From assembly GCF_009914755.1 (NCBI RefSeq), contig NC_060930.1: DNA of 64,000 nucleotides; one strand, given 5' to 3'. The translations under genes and the position numbers were made by a program. The number at the start of each line of letters is the position of its first letter. Positions within the stretch are counted from its first letter, which is position 1. Shown here piece after piece: positions 42,798 through 55,249 of the stretch. This DNA comes from the human T2T-CHM13v2.0 reference genome, Homo sapiens. Under the pieces are notes generated by a model. It ran no database searches and was not told the origin of the DNA. It saw only the letters and a program-made list of their open reading frames with translations.

Positions 42798-45069
42798 TGA
42801 TGGCAGCGGTGGTGCGTCTGGAGCAGCCGCTGAGAGGATCCCAGCTGCAGTGGGAGAGGCATAGCCGGGGCTGCATGCTCTGCAGAAACGGGACTGGGAA
42901 CAGGTGATCCCAGTGAGAGTCCCGCGCCCTACTGAGTTGGTGGGACAGGAGCCCGCACTCTTGGGTGCAGCTGCAGCTGCTCAACCGCAGCTCCAGACAT
43001 GTGCTCTCTCGGCCCCGGAAGCCCTGTGCCCCTGCAGGCTCAGAAGTGCCTGCTCTTGCTCTCTGGCCTCTCCGCGCTTCCGGCGCCCAGTCTGGTGCAA
43101 AGCAAAGTTGTAGCTGAGCCCTCACTGTCGTGACCTGGCCAGATATGCATGCCCTGGGGCATCGCTGACACGCCAGCCCATCTGCAGCCTCGGTCCCCTC
43201 AGGACTTTGGACCCCAAGTAGAGTGGGAAGGAGGCTGGGAGACTGAGGGCGGCTCAACTTGGGCTTACAGGCACCTCTTGATGTGGACAGCCTGGGCACC
43301 GTGGATGGCATGTTGATGGCGGTTATGACAGCAGCACCCATCTGGAGTGGCTGCTGCAAAGACCAGGATGCAGTGGGGGAGGTGCAGAGGGAGCCTGCAG
43401 GAACAGGGAACCGGCAGAAACCCCACCCCTTCTGAGTTGGAGAGGAAGGAGCCCTGCCCTCCCGGGCACAGCTGCAGCCACCCAGCAGCGGTTGTAGACC
43501 TGAGCATTCCTGCACTCTCAGGGGCTCAGGAAGCCCCCCTTACCTCCACAGACTTGGAAATGGCTGCTCCCACTGCCCAGCCTCTCCTGGCTCCTGGGTG
43601 CCTGCTCTGATATTGAAGCAAAGTTGAAGCCGAGCCTGGGCACTGTTGGGACCCAGCCAGGTGTGTGTGCACCCAGGGCAGCACCGACACACCAGTCCCC
43701 TGTGGCTTCCGCCTTCTCCAGACTTTGGGCAGCAAGGTGCATGGGAGGGAGGCTGAGAAGGGGCTGAGGGCGGATCAGCGCAGAGAGGAACATGGGAGGA
43801 AGCCTGAGACGTGGCTGAGGGTAGATCAGCGCAGGCCTGTAGGCGTCCCTCAGCACCAACAGCGTGGGCACCAGGGTCAGCAGGTTGATGATGGTGGGAG
43901 GCAGACAGCCTCCTGGGCAGAAAGGGCGGGTCGCTGGTGAAGTGCCACCTTCAGGCCTGGGATGACCTGAAGCCTAGGGGTGTAAGACTTATAATGCTTT
44001 TTCTGGGCCCACCCATGACCGCCCATGGACCAATCAGAATGTACTTTCTTCCGTTTGAACATCATAAAACCCCGGATTCAGCCAGACTCAAGGCAGACAT
44101 CAGAATGACCTGCCTGCAGACAGGGGCTGCCCCCTGTGGGTCTCCACTCAGGTAAGAGTTGAGCAGATGTCAGGACGACCTGCTTGTAGACAGGAGCTAC
44201 CCACTGTGGATCTCCTCTCAGCTGAGAGCTGAGCAGATGTTGGGATGACCCGCCTGCAGAAAGGAGCTACCCACTGTGGGTCTCTTCTTAGCTGAGAGCT
44301 GAGGAGACATCAGGACAACCATCCTGTGGATAGGAGCTATCTGCTATGGGTCTCCTCTTTGCTGAGAGCTGCACACTCAATGGGACGACCTGCCTCTGGA
44401 TAGGAGCTGCCCACTCTGGGTCTCTTGAGAGCTGAACTGTCACCCAGTAAAGCACCTCTTCACCATACCCTCCAGTTGTTCGCAAATTTCCTTCTTCCTG
44501 GACACAGGACAAGACTTGGGACCCACCAAATGGCAGGACTAAAAGAGCTGTAACACAAACAGGGCTGAAACATGCCCCTCACTTGCCATGTCACTGGCAA
44601 CACGAAGGAGAGAAGAGCTGCATTCCTTTGGGGAGTCCAAACCTAAGAGCTCCCTGAGCCAGGGCTGTGACACCCTCTGTGGGGCTCTGTGGCTCCTGGA
44701 AACTCCAAGCTTCTGGGTGCCACCATGTTCCCTGGTGCCAGCAGTGGAGGCCACTTGTAGTACGCCTGGTCCAGCCACAGCTTTGCAGGGAGCTGGCGCC
44801 AATGCTGGCACCTGGAGCTTCCTGCCCCATGGCAGCTGGTGTGCCTGGCTGTGTGCAGCACCTGGACCGCTACACTTACTTGCTCACTGCTCCATAACTG
44901 GCTGGCCCTTGGCAGGTGTGGGATCCAGACTGGTAGCATATGCTGAGCACAGCCTCCCAGGCCAAGTGGGAGGAATGAGGCCAGCAGGCCCGAGTAAAAC
45001 TGGGGCAAAAGCGCCACTGGCCACAAAGCTTTCTGGCCTGCAAAGTGACACCCCAAGGATCCTGTGACA
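42798..45069 (+). mobile_element. MER52D/A-like ERV1 LTR
   Basis: Starts TGATGGCAGCGG...TCTGGAGCAGCCGCTG, GC-rich modules, ends CCAAGGATCCTGTGACA. Confidence 0.85.
44093..44440 (+). repeat. ~60-70-bp tandem repeat inside the MER52 LTR (about 5 copies)
   Basis: Unit ~ggacgacctgcctgcagacaggagctacccactgtgggtctcctctcagctgagagctgagcagatgtc. Confidence 0.9.
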
Positions 45070-46327
45070 GCAGCAGGAGGCAGACAGGTTCCTAGGCAGG
45101 GAGGGGAAGGTCCCCAGTAAAACCCCACCTTCAAACCAGGAATGGCCTGAAGCCTGGGGGCTGGGCTGCCAGTTCCGGGTGAAGTCCACAACCTGGAGTA
45201 AGAACTTCTTTGATACCTCACATCCAGTTGGATGGTGCTTTATCCAGGTCTGCCCATGGCCACCCATGGACCAGTTGGCACAGACATCCTCCATTCTGAG
45301 CACATAAAAACCCCAGACTAAGCCAGATTCAGACACTCATCGGGATGACCTGCCTGAGGATAGGAGCTCCCTACTTCGGGTCTCTTGAGAACTGTTATGT
45401 CACTCAATAAAGCTCCTCTCTGCCTTGCTCACCCTCTAGCTGTCTGTGTAAACTCATGCTTTCTGGATGCAGGACAAGAACTTGGGACTCACTGAATGGT
45501 AGGAATGAAAGAAGCTATAACAGTTCCTGGCCAGCTCACCAAGCTGCAGGCGGTAACACCCTCCTGGACTGTGGGAGTGAAGAGTGGTGAGCCTTCTGGT
45601 GACCCAGACCTCAGGATTCCCCAAGCCAGAGCTGCTATAACACTATAGCCCTCCTGTCCTCTGCTGGTGCCAGGTAGCCATCCCACATGATGGGAAGCAG
45701 TGGCAGGGCTGGACCAACCCAAGCGCCACAGGCCAGAGTGGGGCAGTGAAACTGAAAGAGCTGTAACACAAACAGGCTGAAAGATGCCCCCCAAAAAGAC
45801 ACTCCCCTCTTCCCCCCGCTCTTCCCTGCCCTGCTCACCACACTACAGGCAACAAGAATGAGAGAACTGTGGCCCTTCTGGGAGCCCAGACCCCAGGGCT
45901 TTCTGAGCCAGGGCTGTGACATGCTGTAACACTCTCTTTGGGACTTTGTGGTTACTGGTGTCTCCGAGCTTTTGGTTGGCACCATGGTCCTTGGTACCTG
46001 CAATGGAAGCTGCTTGTGGTACACCTGGTCCAAGCCACAGCCTCGCACAGAGCCAGCACCTGTGCCAGCTTCTGGAGCTGCCTGCCCTGTCACAGCAGCC
46101 AACATGCCTGGCTGTGCACAGTAGCCAAACCCCACACTTACTCATTCACACACCCCTCACCACTCCATGCCTGGTTCGCCCTTGGCAGGCATGGGATCCA
46201 GGCCAGTAGTGCAAGCGGAGTGCAGCCCACTGGACCAAGAGCCCAGTGGAGTGAGCAAAACCTGAGCAGAGGTGCCGCTGGCCACAGAGGTTTCTGGCTG
46301 GCGAAATGATACATTAAGGATCCTGTG
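45065..46327 (+). mobile_element. MER52C-like ERV1 LTR
   Basis: Starts TGACAGCAGCAGGAGGCAGACAGG, CATAAAAA box ~45303, AATAAA ~45406, ends AAGGATCCTGTG; colinear with 43886-45069. Confidence 0.8.
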
Positions 46328-48983
46328 GAAAATATATATTTATTACAATATAATACATATTCTGAGAAATTCAAAAGGAAGTGTCTACCTGGCCAAGGAG
46401 TACCAAGAAAAGCATCAGAGAAGAGTTATTATTTGAGGCCAGTTTGGGAGGGCATATAATTTTACTCCTTTCCTACCTTATTCTATTAGTTGATAAATAT
46501 GTTTTGTCTATGCCTCATGAGGAGGGAAACTTTTTGATAAAATGGAAAGCACCCTAGCATGGGAATCAGGCTCACTCGGTCCTAATTCTAGCTCTGATAC
46601 TCATCAGTTGAAGGAGAATAACCTCTGTGGACCACACTCTTCTTCCATAGCAGCTTTTTCTAATTCACGACTCCAACACACCAGTCATAATATGGAAAAT
46701 TACGAAAATAAATAATTAAAAAATATAGTTGGACAGATAGATTATTTTCATGTCCCTTAGTTATTCTGTATGACCCAACAAATAAACTCCTCGAAATGTA
46801 AAGGTAGAAATTGATGGTCTTACAAAAGTGTTTGTGATTACTTTGCTAGAAGCTTTGATATTGAGATCATGTTATTAAACACCAAAGGGCATTCAGACAA
46901 AAGATATCTTGGAGATAAAATTAATTCACCTGTCTCTCTATAAAAAGAAAAAAATTTTTATTTTTTTCATTTTACTTGTCTATATCTTAAAATTTGAATT
47001 ATTTTGTTCATTGCTGGCATTCATCATTTCATCTCAAAAATTCACTTCATAAATGAAATACTTGTCTTTCATAATTCACCTTATAGTTAGATTTAGAAAT
47101 TATAATTAAGTGTCTTAATCTCCTTTCAAAATTTATCACTGTAAAAAAGTTTTGATGAAATATTAATTTTCCCCTTTCTATAAATGAGAGGTGAATGCTA
47201 GCCTAGTCAAACAAAAACCTAAAACCAGAGTGCCTTTCCTTGAAGTTCATTAAGTTTTCTTCTTTCCCTAAGGTGAATTCTGTTTTCCAATTCTATAGGT
47301 TGCTTTTTTTAATTTTTCAAATATAAGTGACAAAAATTCTGTAAGATATAAAGCATGATGTCTGTCTAAATATTAACAAGAAGTTAGAGAGTGTATTCAA
47401 ACGGTGAAGTGACTTCTTTTTCTATGTCATAGAATCTGGATATGCTACAGCAAAGGTGTGGTGAACTGTAAAAAATAAAAAATACTACTTAGCCAACTTC
47501 CTGAAAACAGAATTTTCTCTTCCTCTCAGAGGGTCAGCCTTGAAGCAGCCAAGTTTTTCTCTAGAGGTTTTAGGTGTTACCCTGCTGCTGTTCTTTGCTG
47601 ATAAAAATTTGAATAATACTCTCTTCAGTATTGTGTAGAGGATTTTACCTCTTGTACATACATAGTAAAATAAAACATGGCTTGTTTGAGAGTCATGTGT
47701 TTAGGTTGATGCATTATTTACATAGAAAAACAAGAAACATTTCTTGAGAAATAAGCACTAGTGTTGGTTTCTTTTCACTTTTAGATGGTGAAAAGAAAGC
47801 TATGGGAGAATCATTATTGAAAGTAAAACATTCATGGAAATTAAAGAAAAATGAGTGAAAGAAATTGAAAAAATAAGAACCATGGTAGTATTAGCAACTA
47901 TTCATAAAAAAAATTTATTTCTGAAAAATTCATTAGGTGATAAAAGATGCAAAGAGACTTTGCTGACACATATTGAAACAGGAAGAAAGAACTGTGTGAA
48001 GGAAAATGGAAGCCTGTGTGTAAACACAAAGAAACCCCAAGGAGGTATATTTATGAGAAGAGAAAATTCAGGATAAAAGAAAAAGAAAAGTACTAAGTAT
48101 GAATACCTTAACCACATGCTCTCACTTCTTTGGCAGCAATCCCTGTCAGAGTTCTCATTCTGTCTGCTACTCAGGAAACCTGCCTCAGAGAACAGAGTGG
48201 CTGATTACCCTGTCTTAGGCCCTGTTATGTCCTGCTGTGTTCTAATATCCCAGTGGGTATCTGTGGTAGTAGTTGATTTTGGAAATCGGTAGGGATTTGT
48301 GTAGGTACACACATTTGAAATTCACCCTCCTTTAACACGATGCTATTATACTTTAAGCAGAGGAATTCACACAGCTAATTTTTGAAAGGCAGTGCTCCTG
48401 GGTAGAAAAATTGGATTTGATTTGGAGTTAATGAATGATGAATTTGTTCTATGATAATGTATCATTAGAGTCATGCTAAGAAGGGAAGTTTCAAAGGATC
48501 ATTAAAAAACTCAACTTGCCAGACTAAGTTGTTTCACTTTAATTGAGAACCCTCATTTGAAGTATAGTTCCTCACAGGGAAACAGTGCACACAGTACACA
48601 GAGTGCAAATAAAAGCAATTAGACCTACTACCTTGGCCTTCATGGGGTCTGCCTTCTCGGAATGCCTGATTAAATTCTGGTCTCAAAGGCAGGCTCTGAT
48701 GCAGTCACTTAACTCTTTGTCCTTGAAGTAGGAAGGGTTGTAATGTCTGTTTCCAAGGAGGCTGGGGGATGAGAAGAGTAACTGACCTATGAAAAAGGAG
48801 CAATGCTTTTTCCCCAGTAGACTCTCTATATATGTAATAACCCTATATATATACTGTTGCTTCATATTATTCCCTTTAAAATTCCTAGATACATGTAGGA
48901 ATCATAAAAATGATATGCCAAGATTGCAACTATTTCTCTTTATCAAAGGGACCATTTTGTTTGGCAAAGTTCTTAACCATCTA

Positions 48984-49419
<436 letters not shown>

Positions 49420-49599
49420 TTATCTTGTTTGTTATTATTCCTATTTTGCAAATCAGATTTATGGGAAATCTATATAAACAGATGAACAGCCTTTCAGTAA
49501 CCCAGGGTTTTTCTAAATAATTCAGGGTTAAATGTAGCTGTTCTTCTGATGAGATATTCTCCTTGAAAATCAACCTGATATCTTCACTTCTACTCTTTA

Positions 49600-52500
49600 A
49601 TAAACTCTTTCACCTCACCTATTCCAGTCTGGCTTCCGCTCTCCTTCTTCATCACATACACTCTTATACTCATATCCACACTCTTTCTATCTCTTTCTAT
49701 TGAAACTACTCCTACATAAATCAACCATGACTTCCTTTTTGCCAAATCAAATATACACTACTCTATCTTGGGTTTTCTTGACCTCTCAGCAATATTCAGC
49801 TAGTTGACTGCTCCCTTCTCTTGAAACACTCTCTTTTCTTGCTCTTCATGACTTCACAGTCTCCTGACACTTATTCCATCTCTGAAGAGTTACTCCTTCT
49901 CAGAATTCATTACTGGATTATTCTACTGTAGCTTATGTCTAAATGTTGAAGTTTCTAAAACCTTACCACCTCTTTCTCTACAGTCTCTTCTTTGATGTCT
50001 CATGTATCTCCATGACTTACAATAAACAAAAGGACTTCTTTTTTCGGCTGTAATGTATAGAGTTTGGAAGTCATCACTCCCTTAAAATAACGAAAAACTG
50101 AAAATCAATAATTTTTCTGAAATCTACGAAAAAATTGAGGTCACCAGGACAAACGCCACCCTAAAATGTGAAGACATTACTGAATTCTGAGAGTGATAAC
50201 CAAGAGCTGTTTAACTGAAGCAGAAACCTCTGGAGCCACAAAATGATAGTAATAACTGAATGATTACTTTGACAAATTGTTAGAGGCTGAGTGTGGAGTA
50301 GCTGAACAAGGAGAAACTCCTAGGGGTCACAGCCATAAAGGGCCCACCATTCTTTTATGAGTTTTACCTTCAGAAACTCCACAAGTTTCTAAGGTGAACA
50401 GTCAAAAAACATCCCTCTGTGGCTTTGGAAGAAGAAGAAGAATCACTTAAAAATAGGTGCAGAGTATTCCCCATAACAGAGGCCTAACTGGGGCTAAAGG
50501 ACGTATGAGAGTCTCACTCACTTGGGGAAAGGATATTTCTCTGTCTCCAGCCCCCTTGTACCTTCCTGTTTTACCTAAGGGAGAAGTGTGGCAAGCAAGA
50601 AATGTTTATGAAAGTACAGCCCAAATGCACTGGAAAAGACAGAGATTTATTAGTAGGATTATGCAATGCTTCTCCTCACCAAAACCTCAACAGAACATTA
50701 ATTGAGCTCCAGTAAAATAACAGTGAACTAGAGTTGCAAGAGCTGCAAAATTCAGACTCTCTCTGAGGAGGAGTATTTAGGGAAGCCCAATATCACAAAG
50801 GGAGATGTAAGTAAGGATACAGAGAAAATATAAATATATAGATAAGAAACTTGAATTTACATCAAGAAAATAAGAACATTAGGGAAGGCACAAATAAAGA
50901 CCAATAAAAGCTTTTATTTTCTGATTCTTAATTGATCTAAAACTTTGCTTAAAGTAATAAAGTAAGAATATATTGAGGGATGATTACAACATACAGTTAT
51001 GTGAAATGAATGACTGACAGAAATGTCATTAGAGATGAGTGAGAGGAACTGGCAATATTATGTTATAAGGTAACTTCACTACATATAAAGTGTCTGAGAA
51101 ACATATATTAGAAACTCTAGAGCAACTACTAAAAAATTTGAAAGAAGTATAATTACTGGATTAAGAGAGGAGTGAAAATGTAATCATAAAAAAATGCTAC
51201 ATTAAAACATAGACGACAAAAAATAGGGAGATTTTAAAAAGAGGAAAAATGCAACAAAAAGAAAACAGTTACAAATATGGTAGATTTTAATCCAACTATA
51301 TCAATAATCATGTAAAAACATGGGATGCAAAGCTGATGCAATGGAAAGGAGAAATAGGCAAATCCACTATTATAGTTGGGGTCGTCAATACCCCTCTACT
51401 CGTAATTGATAAATAAAGCAGGTAGAAAATCAGTGAGGATATAGTTGACCTGAACAGCTCTGTCACCCAACTTCATCTGGTCAACATTTATGGAACTCTC
51501 CATCTAACAACAGCATAAATTCTTCTCAAACTCACATGGAACATATGTCAAGACAAACCACATTCTGGGCCATAAAACATACCTTAAAAAATTTGTTGGT
51601 TATAACAAAAACAGTGCTTAAAGAGAAATTTATATAACTGAATGCATATTTTAGAAGAGAAGGAAGCTCTAACATCTATTATCTAAGTTTCCACCTTAGG
51701 AACTAGGAAAGAAGAGCAATATAAATCTAAAGTAGGAAGAAGAAAATAAATTATAAAAAATTAGAGCAAAAGTTATAAAATTGTAAAAACGAAAGCTATA
51801 GAGAAAAACCAATAGAGCCAAAAGCTGGTTTTTCGGTTTGTTTGCTTTTAAGATCAATAAACATCTAGTCAGGCAATCAAGAAATAAACGAATAAACCAT
51901 GAATTACTAATATCAGTAATGAAAGAGGGGTCATAATTACTGATTCTAGGACCACTAAAAGGATAATAAAGTAATAATATAAACAGTTTTTCACCCAGAA
52001 ATTCAATAACCCTAATGAGATTGACCAATTTCTTAAAAGACACAATCTACTAAAACTCACACAAAGAGAAAGAGACCATTTGAATAGACCAATATCTATT
52101 AAATACATTGTGTTAATAATTTAAGCCTTTGACAAATGAAAGCATCAGGCCTAGATGGTTCTGGTGGTGCATTATACCAAATATTTAAGGACTTCATGGT
52201 ACCAATTCTCCACATTCTCTTCCAAAAACAAACAAGATAAAAACACACCTCAGTGTCACTATGGAGCTCAAACCTACATCTCTACCCAAGACATTTCCTC
52301 TGAGCTCAAGATATATGTATATCCAATTCCCTACTTTAAATTTCTTCTTTTATGTCTCATAGACATCTCAAATTTATTGTCCAAAACACACTTTAGAAAA
52401 AATATTTTACCCCTCTTAACCATTATTTTTCCCTCTGCTGAATCTAAGTATGCAATATCAATTATAAAAACCTAGGAATCATGCTTGATCCTACAAGTAA

Positions 52501-53265
52501 GTCATTTTTATATTAAATCTAAAAGTAGATTCTGTGAATTTTACCTCCCTTATACCTCTTAAATTCATGCACTGACCCCATCTTGTTCTTGCTGGAATCA
52601 CCATCATCACTCTTTTTGGTTTATCCCTTAATATACTAACTGGTGTCAATCCACCCTTTCTTGTTTCTCTAATACACTCTATACTACAATGAGAGGACTT
52701 GCCTTTAACATCTCCCTACATAAAACAATTCAATAATTCTTCTCATTACACTTATATCAAAATTCAATATCTTGTTGTGATCTTTAAAGTCCTATATGAT
52801 TTACCTGTTATTGATTTCTTTCCAACCCTTGTTTTTCACTAGACTCCAACCACACTGGAATTCTCTCAGATCCCAAACACCACAAGAGATCAACACATTC
52901 TGTTTTCTTTGCAACAGGATAGTCAACCCAAACTTGATCCACTCCCTTCATATAACTAACTTCTCATGCTTCGGGATTTAGCTTAAATAAAGCTTCCCAA
53001 TAAAAGTCTTTCCTGACCATCATTTCTAAAGAAAGTTTTTTCACCCTAATTCTCTTTCTCAGCAACTTATTACTGAACTCATAGAAATGGATTACAAACT
53101 GCATTTATTTTGTTTGCTTCCTCATGTTGCTTGTCTCCTCCAATAGAATTTAAATTTCAGGAGTGGAGGAACAATAGTGGATTTGTTCACATTGTATTCC
53201 TAGTTTCTAGCACAGACTATGACACTTAACATTCCTAGTCTGTGTTTGTTGAGTCAATGAATGTG
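49600..53265 (+). mobile_element. L2 LINE (3' part), interrupted by L1MC
   Basis: gccaaatcaaat...ttgacctctcagcaatatt // ctctgagctcaagatatatgtatatccaattccctact...ttgttcacattgtattcctagtttctagcacag...gtttgttgagtcaatgaatg. Confidence 0.75.
50033..52235 (+). mobile_element. L1MC-type 5' portion with internal deletions
   Basis: 5'UTR (ttggaagtcatcactccc...tgaggtcaccaggacaaacgccacc), end of ORF1, ORF2 N-terminal remnants ending near catcaggcctagatggttc. Confidence 0.7.
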
Positions 53266-53675
53266 TCTAGAAAATTACAGTTGACCCTTGAACAATGCAA
53301 GGGTTCAACAACCCTCACACAGTCAAAAATCCACTTATAACTTCTGACTCCCCCAAAACTGAACTATTAATAGCCTACTGTTGACTCTTTTCTGCTTCTT
53401 GGGAAAACTTCCAGTATAGTGGTGCTTTGTATGGGTGCCATGCTATTATTCCCTAAATATTGCAATAAATAAAATGAAAAATACACAAGAACGGTGAGAG
53501 ATAACTTTACTGCTATACTGGAGAAAAGAAACTGCCAAGTGGAGGTGATTAGTGTCGCATTGCATTTTAAGCTAATACTTGCAAGGCTTGAGCTCACTGC
53601 AATAGAAACAGGAGTTGGCTACAAAATTACTCCAGTAGTACAGTATGCACTATAGTTAACTTATGCAATTATAAC

Positions 53676-53969
53676 TTTTTTTTTTTTTTTTTGGAGACAG
53701 AGTCTACCTCTGTCACCCAGGCTTGAGTGCAGTGGTGTGATCTCGGCTCACTGCAAAATCTGCCACCCAGGGTTAAAGCGATTCTCCTGTCCCAGCCTCC
53801 CGAGTAGCTGGAATTACAAGCGTGCACCATGCCCGGCTAATTTTTTCATTTTTTTAGAGAAGGGGTTTTGCCATGTTTTCCAGGCTGGTCTTGAACTCCT
53901 GACCTCAAATGATCTGCCCACCTTGGCCTGCCAAAGTGCTGGGATTACAGGCGTGAGCTAGCAAGCCTG
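53676..53969 (-). mobile_element. AluS (Sz/Sx-like) inside Tigger2
   Basis: poly(T) followed by an antisense Alu dimer. Confidence 0.93.
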
Positions 53970-54255
53970 AATCTTTACGTTTGCTTATATTTCTCTTGAC
54001 TCTGAATGGCTCCATGTACAGTCTGTTTGTATGCTTAAGTTTTGATGAATTTTAACTTTTTGTAATAGATTTGTATATATTATGGTAGTACATGATGAAA
54101 TAGACTAGTTTCTACCTACATTTTATGCATTCATGACATAGCTAACTTTTATAAATGTTTTCAATACTTCTAGGGTACACAGTTCATCTGTGAAATTTTT
54201 CAAATTGCCAGAAATCTCCAAAAATATTTTCCTATATATATAAACAGGAAAATAT

Positions 54256-54258
<3 letters not shown>

Positions 54259-54335
<77 letters not shown>
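54259..54335. repeat. Compound (CT)n(TA)n microsatellite
   Basis: About 20 TC units followed by about 17 TA units. Confidence 0.97.
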
Positions 54336-54339
<4 letters not shown>

Positions 54340-54774
54340 CTGCATGTAAGTGGACCCACACAGTTCAAACTCATGTTGTTGAAACATCAACTATATATAT
54401 TAACTTGACTTGATAGCACCAAAGAGAAACAAAATAAAAATTTTCCCAGTTCAAAATTAAGTGAATTATTTGTGTACAAATTCCTAAATTCTCCAAATAT
54501 ATGTTTGGTATAGTATTTTTGCATCACTGTTGTGGAAAAAGGAATCAATGAAATTATTATAAACAATGTAGATAATTTATATTTAAATTTGTCCAGTATA
54601 CTAGCCAGAAATTACTCCTGCCCTTAAAAGATTTATATTACACCTGAGAAAACATGATGAATGTTCATAAATTTTTCTGAAAGAGATCAGCAGTTGGCAG
54701 CTTCCTGAATCTTCTTTTAATATGAAAAGTATCTGTTTATTCCTCTTATTCACTTCATTCTCTACATCAACATG

Positions 54775-54900
54775 TAACAGAGTCTGAGTTCTGGTGACAA
54801 ATCATTGGCTACTTACTAGTTACATAATCTTAGGTACATTTCTCAATCCTATTGATCCTCAGTTTCTCATCTGCAAAATGGGATTAATAATAATATTCCC
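54775..54900 (+). mobile_element. MIR SINE
   Basis: cctcagtttctcatctgcaaaatgggattaataata. Confidence 0.8.
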
Positions 54901-55249
54901 AATGTTATTTCCTTTTCTTTAAATACATTACCTTTATGTGTAATGCATTTAATGTTGGAATAGTTATTTTAGAGAAACTAATATCTTTATTATTAAAAAT
55001 ATCAAGAAATACAAAAATAGAGCTAAAATTACATAAAATCTCACTGCCCTGGAGTTACCTGTCTAATCTCCTGTATTCATTCCTGAGGACTTCATTCTGG
55101 ATTTATCTATGCAAACAATGAGATAGATAGATAGATTGATGTAGTTTAAAAGATCAATAGACAGGATCTATTAATCCCTGAGAACCATAAAAGCACTAGT
55201 TCCCCCAAATCCTGCTTATACTAAGGATAATATTATGTAAATATTAAGA

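Larger units (their letters stand above)
53278..54393. mobile_element. Tigger2/Tigger2b-like TcMar DNA transposon
   Basis: TIR cagttgacccttgaacaa and degenerate ttgttgaaacatcaacta, TA on both flanks. Confidence 0.85.

Noticed and set aside
44093-44440. Regularly spaced repeats superficially like a CRISPR array
   Set aside because: Contiguous diverged tandem units without unique spacers, inside a eukaryotic LTR, with no cas genes
42769-46374. Dense overlapping ORFs up to 248 aa on both strands
   Set aside because: Stop-poor, GC-rich MER52 LTR sequence; no gag/pol/env or host-protein motifs
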